Shown: positions 33,281 through 43,914 of the stretch, piece after piece
How positions within the stretch are numbered: position 1 is the first letter of the stretch
How the letters are laid out: each line of letters opens with the position of its first letter
Assembly (NCBI GenBank): GCA_965261595.1
Contig: CBDHDG010000006.1
Location: 1,088,001-1,152,000 of the forward strand
From: a bacterium
GTDB taxonomy: Bacteria; UBA8248; JACPRG01; G963555815
Direction of reading: 5' to 3'
Length of the DNA: 64,000 nucleotides
Notes under the pieces: generated by a model
What the model was told of the DNA's origin: nothing
The model's input: the letters and a program-made list of their open reading frames with translations, nothing else
Databases searched by the model: none
Program-made: the position numbers and the translations under genes

Positions 33281-34312
33281 ATGAGAAAAGTGCGTTCGAT
33301 TTTCGGGATTTTGGTGGTCCTGACGTGTCTCGGGCTCATCCTTGCGAGTCTTTCATTCGTGGGGGAAGTGTCCGCGGCCAAGAAGATCGTCTTCGGGTTC
33401 GACTGGGTTCCGTACGGGAAGTATGTGGGATATTACGCCGCCCGGGAGAAGGGCTTCTACAAAGCTGCGGGGTTTGACGTGACGTTTCAGCGGGGTTACG
33501 GGGGTGCCGGTACACAGGTTGGCAATGGGAAGCAGGATTACGGCATCGAGAGTGTGGGGGGGCTTGTCATCGCCCGCAACAAGAAGGTGCCCGTGAAACT
33601 GGTCTCCATGTGGCATGAGCGCCTGATGATGAACGTGATGTTCCTCAAGAGCTCGGGCATCAAGACAGTGAAGGACCTGGAGGGAAAGAAGCTCGGTGTC
33701 ACGATTGGGGACGCCATCCACCGAAACTGGCCCATCTTCACTGAGGCTGTGGGCCTGAAGAGTTGGAACCTCGTGCCCATGCGGCCCGCGGCGAAGAACC
33801 CCAGTCTCCTGGCCAAGAAGGTGGACGCCATTCTCTCCTACGCCACAATCACCATCGCCTTGGGGGTATTGGCCAAGAAACGGGGGGAAAAAATTGGCGA
33901 GTTCCTCCTGGGAGATTATGGAGTGAATGTGGCCCAGGACGGCATTATTGCCCATGACAAGCGAATCGCGGAAAACCCCGATGAGGTCAGACGCATGGTG
34001 GCCGCAAGTCTCAAGGGCAACGCCTGGGCCATTGAACATCCGAAAGAGGGGGTGAACATCTTTCAGAAGTACATCCCCGATCAAAGCCCGCAGATGACGA
34101 CGCTTTTCTGGAACCTCAGCAGTCACTACCAGGTTTGGGGAAGCCTGAAAAAGCATGGGCTGGGGTACATCGACCGGGGCGTCATGGAATCCACCCGGAA
34201 CTCGATTGCCAAGGTTTATGGGATGAAAAATCCTCCGACGTTGGCTGATCTCTACACGACAAAGATGCTTCCGAAGGAGCTTCCCAAACCCAAGCTGCCG
34301 CCACTGATGTAA
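33281..34312 (+). CDS. ABC transporter substrate-binding protein, NMT1/THI5/SsuA-like
   Basis: Signal peptide, FDWVPYG..GYYAAREKGFY..AGFDV, SGIKTVKDLEGKKLG, LYT. Confidence 0.85.
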   Translation: MRKVRSIFGILVVLTCLGLILASLSFVGEVSAAKKIVFGFDWVPYGKYVGYYAAREKGFYKAAGFDVTFQRGYGGAGTQVGNGKQDYGIESVGGLVIARNKKVPVKLVSMWHERLMMNVMFLKSSGIKTVKDLEGKKLGVTIGDAIHRNWPIFTEAVGLKSWNLVPMRPAAKNPSLLAKKVDAILSYATITIALGVLAKKRGEKIGEFLLGDYGVNVAQDGIIAHDKRIAENPDEVRRMVAASLKGNAWAIEHPKEGVNIFQKYIPDQSPQMTTLFWNLSSHYQVWGSLKKHGLGYIDRGVMESTRNSIAKVYGMKNPPTLADLYTTKMLPKELPKPKLPPLM

Positions 34313-34377
34313 GCGTGGAAGGTGGCGAATACACGCAGGCGGTCGATTGTTCGGGCGGGGGCGGGGAGAAATGAGGG

Positions 34378-35322
34378 CTATTCTTCGAAGAGCGCCTGGA
34401 TAAAGACCTCCGGGTCGAAGGGCTGCAAGTCCTCGATGCCTTCCCCCAGCCCGACATAGCGCACGGGAAGGTCCAGCTCGTCCAGGATGCTGAGGATGAT
34501 CCCCCCCTTGGCCGTGCCGTCCAGCTTGGTCAGGATCAAACCGGTGACGCCGGCGCCCGCAAGGAACTGCCGGGCCTGGATGACGGCGTTCTGCCCCGTT
34601 GTGGCGTCCAGGACCAGGAGGACCTCGTGGGGCGCGCCCTCGATGACGCGGCCGGCCGTTCGTCCGATCTTCTCCAACTCGTCCATCAAATTCCGCCGGG
34701 TGTGAAGACGTCCGGCCGTGTCCACGATGAGGACGTCGCACGCCCGGGACAGAGCGGCCCGGGCGGCGTCGAACACGACGGCCGATGGGTCCGCGCCCGC
34801 GCTGCCCTTGACGATGTCCACGCCGGCCCGCTCGCGCCAAACATCGAGCTGCTCCACCGCGGCCGCCCGGAACGTATCGGCCGCCGCCAGGAGCACCCGC
34901 CGGCCGGCCGAAGCGTAACGGTGGGCCAGCTTCCCCACGCTCGTGGTCTTCCCCGTTCCGTTGACCCCGACCGCCACAATGACGTGAGGCTTCGAGACCG
35001 TGGGGCTCTCCTCGGCGGGGCCGCCCGGCTTTCCGGCCAGAAGCTCCCGAATCGCTTGTTCGACGCGGGCGCGAACCCCATCCGCTCCCTCAAGCTCTCC
35101 GGCCCGCTCGGCCTCTTCGATGCGTCCGATGAGGCGCATCGTCAGCGAAACGCCCAGGTCCGCCCCAATCAGGGTTTCCTCCAGATTTTCCAACAACTCC
35201 GGATCGACGCGCCCCCGGCCCGCCGCGACCCGCGCCAGGGAGCCCAGAAAGGTCTCGCGGGTCTTGGCCAGCCCCTTCCGGAACAGACGGAGCAAACCCG
35301 GTTTTTGTGATTCACCGCTCAC
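34378..35322 (-). CDS. ftsY: Signal recognition particle receptor FtsY
   Basis: [35 protein letters not shown]. Confidence 0.97.
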   Translation of the reverse strand: MSGESQKPGLLRLFRKGLAKTRETFLGSLARVAAGRGRVDPELLENLEETLIGADLGVSLTMRLIGRIEEAERAGELEGADGVRARVEQAIRELLAGKPGGPAEESPTVSKPHVIVAVGVNGTGKTTSVGKLAHRYASAGRRVLLAAADTFRAAAVEQLDVWRERAGVDIVKGSAGADPSAVVFDAARAALSRACDVLIVDTAGRLHTRRNLMDELEKIGRTAGRVIEGAPHEVLLVLDATTGQNAVIQARQFLAGAGVTGLILTKLDGTAKGGIILSILDELDLPVRYVGLGEGIEDLQPFDPEVFIQALFEE

Positions 35323-35410
35323 CGCGCAAACTTCTCCCGCCCGGGTGTGTTCATGCTGCCGGATCCATGGGGTTGAGTCGGTCGGGGGGACCTTGCCGGG
35401 CGGAAACGAA

Positions 35411-38400
35411 TCACCCGCCCGAAGGGAGCGGGGATTCCGCCGGAAGCTTTTCGGACGGCTCTGTTTCGGATTCATCCGGACCGTCGCCGGCCGCGGGGGC
35501 GCCGTTGGTCTCGCCCGACTCGATGGATGAAACCTTCTCGAGCGCCGGCGGGCCGTGCCGGCCGTTTCCTTCGGATTCATCGATCGGCTCGATGGTGGCC
35601 CACCGGTCTTCGGCCGAAGGCTCCGCGTCCGTTTCCACCGCGGGGGTGGGAAGCGGGTGAGGCGAGGCGCCGCTTTCGGCCCCGGGCGCGTCGTCTTCCG
35701 TCCGGGGGCTCATCCGGTTCAGGTCCACCGACACCACCCCGGAGACGCCCTTCTCGATCATGGTCACGCCGTAGAGGACGTCCGCGAAGGACATGGTTCG
35801 CTTGTTGTGGGTGATGATGATGAACTGGGTCTTCAGGGAGAGCTCGCGAAGGACATCGATGAAACGGGCGACGTTGTGGTCGTCCAGCGTGGCGTCCACC
35901 TCATCCAGCAGGCAGAACGGGCTCGGGTGATAGCGGAAGATGGCGAAGAGCAGGGAAATGGCCGTGAGGGCCTTCTCTCCCGCCGAAAGCAGAAGGATGT
36001 TTCCCAGCTTCTTTCCGGGGGGCTGGACCATGATGTCCACCCCCGTCTTCAGCAGGTTGCTCTCGTCCGAGAGGACCAGGGCGGCCCGGCCCCCGCCAAA
36101 CAGCCGCCGAAAGACCTCCGAGAAGGTTTCGCTGATCGCGTCGAAGGCGGTTTTGAAGCGCTGGCGGGTGGTCCGGTTGATCCGGTCGATGGTGTCGTGG
36201 AGGGTCTGAATCGACGAGACCAGGTCCTCCTGTTGGCCTTTGAGGAACTGATAGCGCTCGTTGAGCTGCTCAAACTCGCTCAGGGCGCCCATGTTCACGT
36301 CGCCCATTCGTCTCATGCGGTCTTGCAGGGAAGTCGCCTCTTCGCGCAGGGATTCCCGCTCCTCGTCCGGCAGATCGGCCTCCTCCGGGCTGATGGTGAC
36401 GGCGGCCAGGTCGACGCCGTACGAAATCTGGGCGCGCTGGCAGAGCAGGTCCCGTTCCACCTTGAGCTGCGATAGGCTCTCCGAAATCGCCTCCAACTCT
36501 TCCTGGAGGGCGGCGGTCCGGTCCTGGAGGCCGCGGGCGCGCTCCTGGGTTTCCCGCAGGAAAGCCTGGTCGGCGGCAATCGCCTCCTCAAGGTCCTTCG
36601 CCTCGGTCCCCCAGGTCTCCCGGTGGTCGTGGATCTCCCGGATCCGCTCGCGGGCCTGAAGGTCCGACTGCCCCAACGCCTCCAGCCGGGCGCGATCGGA
36701 CTCGGCGTTTTCCCCCAACCGATCCATCCGTCCGCGAATCTCGCGGCAGCGCTCTTCGAACCGTTGAACTTCGGCCGTCCGGTTGTTGGCGCGCGCCCGC
36801 ACTTCAGCGAGCGCTTCGCGCTGTGAAGCCACCGATTCGGCCGCTTGCTCGACTTTTTCGCGTCCCTCCGCCAAGGCGCTCGCGCCGTCTCGGACGCACG
36901 CCTCCGCTTCCGTGCACTCTTTGCCGATTTGATCGAGGGTTTCCCGCGTCCGGCGCATGCTCTCGCCCAGGGCGTCCCCTTCCTCCGCCATCCGCTCCAA
37001 TTCTTGGTGTGACGCTTCCAGGCCATCGCCGAGGCGGGAAACGCCCGCTTCCAGGCCCTCCATCTCCCGGCGGATTTCCGCCAGATCGGATTCCGCTTCC
37101 CGGGCCGCCCGAAGGCAATCCTCCAGCATCCCGGCGAGACCCGCCCGGTGTTCCTTTTCCCCCTCCCGGGCCGCCTCCGCACGGTCGATTTCTTCCCGCA
37201 GACCGGCGGTCTTGGTCTTCAGGCCCTCGATTTCCTTGCGGCGCTGAAGGGGACCGGCGCCCAGCGTTCCGGCCGACGTGATTCCCGAGGGGTGCAGGAC
37301 CTCGCCCGCCCGGGTCACCAGCACGCCGACCTCCCCGCCCCGTTTCCACAGGGAGATCGCCGCGTCGAAATCCCGGACCACCCGAACGCCGTCCAACAAC
37401 CTCCGGACGAGGGAAGCGAACTCGGCCGGCGCCCGGACGAAGTCGGCCGCATTCCCCAAGATTCCGGCGCCTTTGAGCTGCGGGGCGGCGAACGGCGGGC
37501 AATACCCTTCGTAATAAACCGGGGGGGATGACCCGCCTGCCGGCCGAACCCGGAGGTCCTTCGGAATCAGGGCGCCCCGGCCCGCGCCGGACTTGCGGAG
37601 GTGCTCGACGGCGTCTCTCACCTCGGACGGCCCTTCGACGACGGCCCCCTGGAGTCGTTCTCCCAGGACCGCTTCGATCGCGATCTCGTAACCCGGCTGA
37701 ACCTCCATGAGGTCGGCCAGGGGGGAGAGGATTTCGCCCGGCCACCCCTTCCACCCGGAGCCGTCCATGGACCGCGCCAACCCCTCTAGGGCGGTCAACG
37801 AAGAGGACTGGGAGGCGAGATCTTCTTTCAGCCGATACATGGCCTCCTGCGTCCGGGCGAGGCCGGCGGTCTTTTCTTCCAGCTCCCCGCGAAGCGCCGC
37901 TTCCCGGGCGCGCACGTCTTCGAGCGCGGCGGACGCCTCTTCCGAGCGGCGTTCGGCCGATTCCAGGCGGGACTGCGTTTCTTTTTGTCTCTGCCGGTCG
38001 CGCGCGCGCTCCGCGTCCACTTGCGCCTTGCGCCGGTCCAGCGAGCTCAGTTGATCCTGGAACGACTGGATCTGGATTTCCGCGCGGGTGAACCGGCCGG
38101 CCAGCTCGTGCACCCGGGATTTTTCAGCCTCTATCGATTCCTCACGGGCGGTCTGCCCGCTCCGGGTTTCCCGCAATTCGCTCTGGCGGCGCGACAACTC
38201 CTGTTCGGTCTCCCGCACGGTGTGGTTTTGCCGCTCCGCCTCTCCCCGGGCACGCTCAAGGGACTCGGCGGCGGCGGTGAGCTCGGCCTGGAGGGCGTTC
38301 CCCTCCTCCTTGCGCGTTTCGGCGGCGGTTTCCAGGGCTTCCCGCTGCTCCAGGTAAAGCTCGATCCGCGTCTCGAGCCGGTGGGCCTCGGCGTCCCCGT

Positions 38401-39283
38401 CCCGGATCCGCGTGAGCAGGCGGCCCAGGGTCTCCTCGCGCAGCGCCATCTGGTGGCGGCGCTCTTCGGCGGCCCCGTCCGCGGCGGACCATTCGGCGCG
38501 CAGCTCGGCCTCCTCGCGTTTTCGCTCGTCGTAGGCCTTTTGCTTCGGGGCGATGTGCTGATCCAGGGCCGCGTAGTCGGCGCGCAGGAGCCGGCCGTCC
38601 ACCTCCCGGAGCCGGTCCTGGATTTCCTTGTACTGGGAGGCCCGCTTGGCCTGGCGTTCCAGCGAGCGGGTTTGACGCTCCACTTCCCCTACGATGTCGT
38701 TGATGCGGTCCAGGTTGTCCTGGGCCGCCCGGAGCTTGCGGAGGGCCTCGTTTCGCCGGGTCTTGTACTTCATAATCCCGGCCGCTTCTTCGATGACCTC
38801 CCGGCGGTCTTCCACCCGGGTCGTCAAGAGGGCCTCGATCCGCCCCTGCTCGACGATGGAAAAGGAATGCGTGTTGAGCCCGGTGTCCATGAAGAGGTCC
38901 ACGACGTCGCGGAGGCGGGTGGTTTTCTGATTGATGAGGTATTCGCTGTCGCCGGAGCGGTAGAGCCTTCGGGTCACCCGGACGGTGTCCTCGACCGCCC
39001 ATTGGGCCGACAGGCGGCTTGAGATGTCCGACAGCGTCATCGTGACCTCGGCCATCGCGGCCGGACGCCGGCCATCGCTGCCGTTGAAGATCATATCTTC
39101 CATCCGCTTTCCGCGGAGAGTCTTCGGCTGCTGCTCCCCCAGCACCCAGCGGATGGCGTCCACGACGTTGCTCTTGCCGCACCCGTTGGGGCCGACAATG
39201 CCCGCTACGCCCGATCCGAACTCCAACTGGGTCCGTTCGATGAAGGATTTGAATCCCTGAAGCTCGATCCGCTCGATGCGCAT
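35411..39283 (-). CDS. smc: Chromosome segregation protein SMC
   Basis: GFKSF, GPNGCGKSN, coiled coils, hinge, LLSAGEK, LLDEVDA. Confidence 0.97.
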   Translation of the reverse strand: MRIERIELQGFKSFIERTQLEFGSGVAGIVGPNGCGKSNVVDAIRWVLGEQQPKTLRGKRMEDMIFNGSDGRRPAAMAEVTMTLSDISSRLSAQWAVEDTVRVTRRLYRSGDSEYLINQKTTRLRDVVDLFMDTGLNTHSFSIVEQGRIEALLTTRVEDRREVIEEAAGIMKYKTRRNEALRKLRAAQDNLDRINDIVGEVERQTRSLERQAKRASQYKEIQDRLREVDGRLLRADYAALDQHIAPKQKAYDERKREEAELRAEWSAADGAAEERRHQMALREETLGRLLTRIRDGDAEAHRLETRIELYLEQREALETAAETRKEEGNALQAELTAAAESLERARGEAERQNHTVRETEQELSRRQSELRETRSGQTAREESIEAEKSRVHELAGRFTRAEIQIQSFQDQLSSLDRRKAQVDAERARDRQRQKETQSRLESAERRSEEASAALEDVRAREAALRGELEEKTAGLARTQEAMYRLKEDLASQSSSLTALEGLARSMDGSGWKGWPGEILSPLADLMEVQPGYEIAIEAVLGERLQGAVVEGPSEVRDAVEHLRKSGAGRGALIPKDLRVRPAGGSSPPVYYEGYCPPFAAPQLKGAGILGNAADFVRAPAEFASLVRRLLDGVRVVRDFDAAISLWKRGGEVGVLVTRAGEVLHPSGITSAGTLGAGPLQRRKEIEGLKTKTAGLREEIDRAEAAREGEKEHRAGLAGMLEDCLRAAREAESDLAEIRREMEGLEAGVSRLGDGLEASHQELERMAEEGDALGESMRRTRETLDQIGKECTEAEACVRDGASALAEGREKVEQAAESVASQREALAEVRARANNRTAEVQRFEERCREIRGRMDRLGENAESDRARLEALGQSDLQARERIREIHDHRETWGTEAKDLEEAIAADQAFLRETQERARGLQDRTAALQEELEAISESLSQLKVERDLLCQRAQISYGVDLAAVTISPEEADLPDEERESLREEATSLQDRMRRMGDVNMGALSEFEQLNERYQFLKGQQEDLVSSIQTLHDTIDRINRTTRQRFKTAFDAISETFSEVFRRLFGGGRAALVLSDESNLLKTGVDIMVQPPGKKLGNILLLSAGEKALTAISLLFAIFRYHPSPFCLLDEVDATLDDHNVARFIDVLRELSLKTQFIIITHNKRTMSFADVLYGVTMIEKGVSGVVSVDLNRMSPRTEDDAPGAESGASPHPLPTPAVETDAEPSAEDRWATIEPIDESEGNGRHGPPALEKVSSIESGETNGAPAAGDGPDESETEPSEKLPAESPLPSGG

Positions 39284-39604
39284 GACACCCCCTAACCAAA
39301 AATCCTCAACTTACATCAAGACCATTGTATCCATGTGAGGCCCGGATGAAAAGCGCTAATACAACAATTTGTGGATCGATCCGGATTTTTCCACTACATC
39401 TAGAGGTTCGGTGATATCGCGACGGATCATGCTTCGTTGAGGCCCGGCGAGGAACAGCCTTGGGCAAGGGGGCGGGCCGGGAATAGGTCCGGGCCTTGAT
39501 GCGTCCTTGACCATCGGGGCAATGTCTTAGGATGAAGTCAGACGGGCAGTCCTGAAAATCGATGGACCTCGGGGGCCGCCACCCCTCGGGGGGCCCCGCC
39601 CCCA

Positions 39605-40306
39605 CTATTGCTGGAGGATCTCCAGTCCGTTTTTGGCGGCTTGCTGCTCGGCGATCTTCTTGCTCGTCCCGGCGCCGGTTGCCACCGTCTCGCCCTGAAT
39701 TTCCACTGCGATTTCAAACACCTTTTCGTGCTCGGGCCCGTCTTCGCGCAGGACTTTGTAAACCGGGATCGATTTCCTGGATCGCTGGACGAATTCCTGA
39801 AATTGACTCTTGAAGTCCAGGTGGGGGTCCATTTCGCGGTCGAACAGTTTCCGGATGAAGCCGGTCGCGCCCGCGTAACCGCCGTCGAGAAAGATGGCCC
39901 CCGTTAACGCCTCCAAGGCGTTGGCGCCCAGGGAGGCTTTGTGGCGTCCGCCGGTCGCGGTCTCCCCTTTGCCCAGACGCAGATAGGCCCCCAATTCAAG
40001 GACCCGGGCCATCTTCGCCAGGTGGTTGGCGCTCACGAGGCGTGAGCGGATCTTCGACAACTCCCCCTCGTTGGCGCCCGGGAGCTCCACGAAATATTGT
40101 TCGCTGAGGACAAGCCCCAGAACGGCGTCGCCGAGAAACTCGAGCCGTTCGTTGTGCGGCCGTTTCCGTCGTTTTTCGTTGGCGTAGGAACGGTGCGTCA
40201 GAGAGGCTTCCAAGAGGTCGATGTTGCGGAACTCATACCCCAGGCGTCGCTGAAGTACCGAAAGCTGTTCGATCCGTTCCGTGGAAAGTTCCGAATCATC
40301 CGCCAT
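39605..40306 (-). CDS. rnc: Ribonuclease III
   Basis: NERLEFLGDAVL, dsRBD DFKSQFQE...GTSKKIAEQQAA. Confidence 0.97.
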   Translation of the reverse strand: MADDSELSTERIEQLSVLQRRLGYEFRNIDLLEASLTHRSYANEKRRKRPHNERLEFLGDAVLGLVLSEQYFVELPGANEGELSKIRSRLVSANHLAKMARVLELGAYLRLGKGETATGGRHKASLGANALEALTGAIFLDGGYAGATGFIRKLFDREMDPHLDFKSQFQEFVQRSRKSIPVYKVLREDGPEHEKVFEIAVEIQGETVATGAGTSKKIAEQQAAKNGLEILQQ

Positions 40307-41549
40307 TGAGGCCGCGCTGAAGGACAATGGATGCGTTGGTTCCGCCAAATCCGAAGGAGTTGGTCAGAGCGAATTTCGCGTTGGTTTCCCGCGCCTCGTT
40401 CGGCACGTAATCCAGGTCACACTCCGGGTCGGGGTCTTCCAGGTTGATCGTGGGCGGGATCACGCCCCGGTCCATGGCGAGGAGGGTGAAGATCATCTCA
40501 ATGCCGCCGGCGCCGCCCAATAGATGACCCGTCATGGATTTGGTGGATCCCACCGGAATTTTATAGGCGGATTCGCCGAAAACGGTCTTGATGGCGTTGG
40601 TTTCATTGACGTCCCCTTGAGGGGTCCCCGTGCCGTGGGCGTTGATGTACCCGACATCTTCCGGTGCAATCCCGGCGTCCTTGAGCGAGCGCTGCATGCA
40701 CCGGGCTGCGCCGTCGCCGACGGGGTCCGGCTGGGTCATGTGGTGGGCGTCCCCGCTCATGCCATAACCCACCACCTCCCCGTAAATGCGGGCGCCGCGC
40801 TTCTTGGCGTATTCCAATTCTTCCAGGATGACGACGCCGGCCCCCTCGCCGATGACGAAACCGCTGCGGGAAGCGTCAAAGGGACGGGAGGCTTTTTCAG
40901 CCGGTTCATTGTGCGTCGAGAGGGCGCGCATGGCCGCAAATCCCCCAACCGCCAGCGGGGAGATCACCGATTCGCTGCTGCCCGCGATCATCGCCACGGC
41001 GTCTCCGCGCTCGATCAGCCGGGCGGCATCGCCGATGCAGTGATTGCCGGTGGCGCAGGCCGTGCAGATACAGGCGTTCGGACCCCGGGCGTTATGCCGC
41101 ATGGAGATCATGCCCGAGGACATGTTGGCGATGAGGCCCGGGATGAAGAACGGGGTGATCCGGCTGGGACCTCTCTCTTGCAGGACGGTGTGAATCTTCT
41201 CCAGCATCGGCAGACCGCCCAGGCCCGCCCCGACCATCACACCGACGTCATCGCCGTTGGAATCATCGATCCGCAGGCCCGAATCCTCCAGCGCTTCCTG
41301 TGTGGCCGCCATGGCGAAATGGATGAACTGGTCCACCCGCTTGATCTCTTTCTTTTCCATGAAATTTTCGGCATTGAAATCGCGGACTTCCCCCGCCACG
41401 TGGCAACTGTACTCGGAGCTGTCGAAATAGGTGATCGGGCCAATCCCCGATTTGCCCGCGACCAACGCCGACCACGTCGTTTCCACGTTGTTGCCAATCG
41501 GCGTGACCAAACCCATTCCTGTAATGGCGACTTTGTGTCCGTTTTTCAT
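40296..41549 (-). CDS. fabF: 3-oxoacyl-ACP synthase II
   Basis: TACATG, NAHGTGT, KSMTGHLLG, NSFGFGG. Confidence 0.97.
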   Translation of the reverse strand: MKNGHKVAITGMGLVTPIGNNVETTWSALVAGKSGIGPITYFDSSEYSCHVAGEVRDFNAENFMEKKEIKRVDQFIHFAMAATQEALEDSGLRIDDSNGDDVGVMVGAGLGGLPMLEKIHTVLQERGPSRITPFFIPGLIANMSSGMISMRHNARGPNACICTACATGNHCIGDAARLIERGDAVAMIAGSSESVISPLAVGGFAAMRALSTHNEPAEKASRPFDASRSGFVIGEGAGVVILEELEYAKKRGARIYGEVVGYGMSGDAHHMTQPDPVGDGAARCMQRSLKDAGIAPEDVGYINAHGTGTPQGDVNETNAIKTVFGESAYKIPVGSTKSMTGHLLGGAGGIEMIFTLLAMDRGVIPPTINLEDPDPECDLDYVPNEARETNAKFALTNSFGFGGTNASIVLQRGLNGG

Positions 41550-41762
41550 CTTTCCACCCGCTGTTCCTTATGCGAGGTTCGTCCCGAAAGACCCTTTCCG
41601 CCCGAAGGACGATCCCGCAAGCCCGCTAGCCGGACGAGCCCGCGGCAGCCATATCCGAACATGCGCTCTTCACATGCGCTCTTCCGGCCCGTCCTCGCGT
41701 TGGAACCGCTTGATTGAGTTTTCGCTTCATTCACTTCTGAACCGCATATCAAACATCGGGGT

Positions 41763-42023
41763 TTACTTGATCTCGATCCTGTGTTCATCCACGTAAGCGA
41801 TCATATCCTTCACGGTCGTGACCTTCTCGACATCCTCGTCCGGGATGTCCACGCCGTATTCCTCTTCCAAAGCCATCACGAGCTCGACGGTGTCCAGCGA
41901 ATCGGCGCCCAGATCCTCGATGAAAGAGGCCTCGTTCGTCACCTTTTCGATGTCAACACCCAGTTGCTCAGCGATCAACGCCTTGATTTTCCCTACGGTC
42001 TCTTCCGGTAACGCCACACCCAA
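41763..42023 (-). CDS. acpP: Acyl carrier protein
   Basis: [19 protein letters not shown]. Confidence 0.97.
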   Translation of the reverse strand: MGVALPEETVGKIKALIAEQLGVDIEKVTNEASFIEDLGADSLDTVELVMALEEEYGVDIPDEDVEKVTTVKDMIAYVDEHRIEIK

Positions 42024-42066
42024 ACCTCCTTTTACGCTGACCTGACCGCCTCAGAGAAGCGGGAGG

Positions 42067-42810
42067 CTACATGTAGAGCCCCCCGTTCACGTGAACGACT
42101 TGACCCGTAATATACCCCATATTGGGGTCCGCAAGGAATCGAACGCAGCGGGCCACTTCCTCCGGACGGCCGATCCGGCCCAGAGGGATTGCGCGCAACA
42201 ACCCCTCCCGATGCTCGGCCGAGAGCGCCGCCGTCATGTCGGTTTCCACAAACCCCGGCGCCACCGCGTTCACCGTAATGTTCCGTGGGGCCAGTTCGCG
42301 CGCCAGGGACTTCGTGAATCCAATTTGCGCGGCCTTGGACGCCGCGTAATTGGTCTGGCCGGCGTTTCCCATCTCCCCCACCACGGAGGTGATGTTGATA
42401 ATTCTGCCGTATCTCTGCTTCATCATTGCCCGGGTCGCCGCGCGCGTCACCCGAAACGTGCCGCCCAGGTTGGTGTTCTGGACCACGTCCCAATCCTCGT
42501 CCTTCATCCGGACAAACAGGCCGTCCCGGGTGATTCCGGCGTTGTTGACCAGGATTTCGACCCCGCCCCATTCATCGAGAACCCGTTTCACGCCTTCTTC
42601 AACGGCCTCGGAATCGGCCACGTCCATGGGAACGGACAGAGACCGGCCCCCGATGGATCCCAAATGGGCGGCCCATTGTTCGGCTCCCTGGGAGGTGTGA
42701 AACGTAAAAGCCACGTCCGCGCCATCCGCCGCCAGGGTTTCGGCAATGGACCGTCCGATGCCTCTCAGTCCCCCCGTGACGAGGGCGCGCTGTCCTTTGA
42801 GGGACGACAA
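42067..42810 (-). CDS. fabG: 3-oxoacyl-ACP reductase
   Basis: TGGLRGIG, NNAGITRD, YAASK. Confidence 0.96.
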   Translation of the reverse strand: MSSLKGQRALVTGGLRGIGRSIAETLAADGADVAFTFHTSQGAEQWAAHLGSIGGRSLSVPMDVADSEAVEEGVKRVLDEWGGVEILVNNAGITRDGLFVRMKDEDWDVVQNTNLGGTFRVTRAATRAMMKQRYGRIINITSVVGEMGNAGQTNYAASKAAQIGFTKSLARELAPRNITVNAVAPGFVETDMTAALSAEHREGLLRAIPLGRIGRPEEVARCVRFLADPNMGYITGQVVHVNGGLYM

Positions 42811-42912
42811 GACATCTTCTCCGTAGATCGCCGGCCGATCCGGGCGGAGGCTCGAGACATTCGGACATCCCTCAAAACCGGATCGGGAGCTTACCTTCCG
42901 TCTTCCGGGGGA

Positions 42913-43845
42913 TCAAGCGAGGGCCCCCAGCGTCCGCTCCAGACTCGGCGGATCCCCGACCTGGAAGGTCTTGGCGTCCTCGACGATCCTGAAAACCAGT
43001 CCCGACAGCACCTTGCCCGGCCCGATCTCGATAAAGGTGTCCACGCCCGACTCGGCCGCCTTCCGGACGCTTTCCTCCCACCGGACCGGGGAGGTCACCT
43101 GGCGCCTGAGCGCCTCTTTGGCCTCCACCGGCAACCGGTTCAGCGTAGCGGACGCGTTGTCGATCACCGGAAACTTCAAGTCGTCGAAGTCCACCGCGTC
43201 CAGGTCCAGGGCCAGGCGATCCTCCGCCTCCCGCAACAGGGCGCAATGGAAGGGGGTGCTGACCTGGAGAAACTGGACGTAGCGGGCGCCCATTTCTTTG
43301 CAGGCATTCGCCACCCGCTCCACCGCCCGGCGCAACCCGGAGATGACGACCTGGGTTGAAGAATTGTAATTGGCGGCGACCACCTCTTCCTTGTCCTCTC
43401 CGCACAAACGGTCCACCTCCCGCGGCGCCAAGCCCATGATGGCCGCCATCGCCCCCTCCCCGGGGGGGATGGCTTCGCTCATGTAGACACCGCGCTTACG
43501 GACGAGGGCCAGGGCGACTGGAAACTTCATGGCCCCCGCGGCAAGCAAGGCGGAATATTCGCCGAGGCTGTGGCCCAAGGCCATCGTGGCGGCCACCCCC
43601 TGATCGGCCAACACGCTGAAGGCCGCATAGCTGTGCACGAGGAGGGCCGGCTGGGTGTTGATCGTGAGGCGCAGCTCCTCCTCGGGCCCTTCGAAGCAAA
43701 GGCGCGTCAAATCCATGTCCAAGGCGTCATTGGCCTGTTCGAAGATTTCACGGGCCCGCGGGAAACGCTCACAGAGCTCCTTCCCCATGCCCACCTTTTG
43801 GGAACCCTGGCCCGGAAATAGAAAAGCAACGCCATTCGTCGTCAT
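42913..43845 (-). CDS. fabD: Malonyl-CoA:ACP transacylase
   Basis: FPGQGSQ, GHSLGEY, PFHC, EIGPG. Confidence 0.96.
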   Translation of the reverse strand: MTTNGVAFLFPGQGSQKVGMGKELCERFPRAREIFEQANDALDMDLTRLCFEGPEEELRLTINTQPALLVHSYAAFSVLADQGVAATMALGHSLGEYSALLAAGAMKFPVALALVRKRGVYMSEAIPPGEGAMAAIMGLAPREVDRLCGEDKEEVVAANYNSSTQVVISGLRRAVERVANACKEMGARYVQFLQVSTPFHCALLREAEDRLALDLDAVDFDDLKFPVIDNASATLNRLPVEAKEALRRQVTSPVRWEESVRKAAESGVDTFIEIGPGKVLSGLVFRIVEDAKTFQVGDPPSLERTLGALA

Positions 43846-43914
43846 GGATTGCCTCTTTCGCGTGAAATCGGGGATTTTGGGGTCATTGGGTCTTTGGGCA
43901 GGTCGTCCATCGCC

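Noticed and set aside
41546..41788. 80-aa Cys-containing ORF between acpP and fabF
   Set aside because: Overlaps the acpP end, no recognisable domain; likely a chance frame, although its stop overlaps the fabF start
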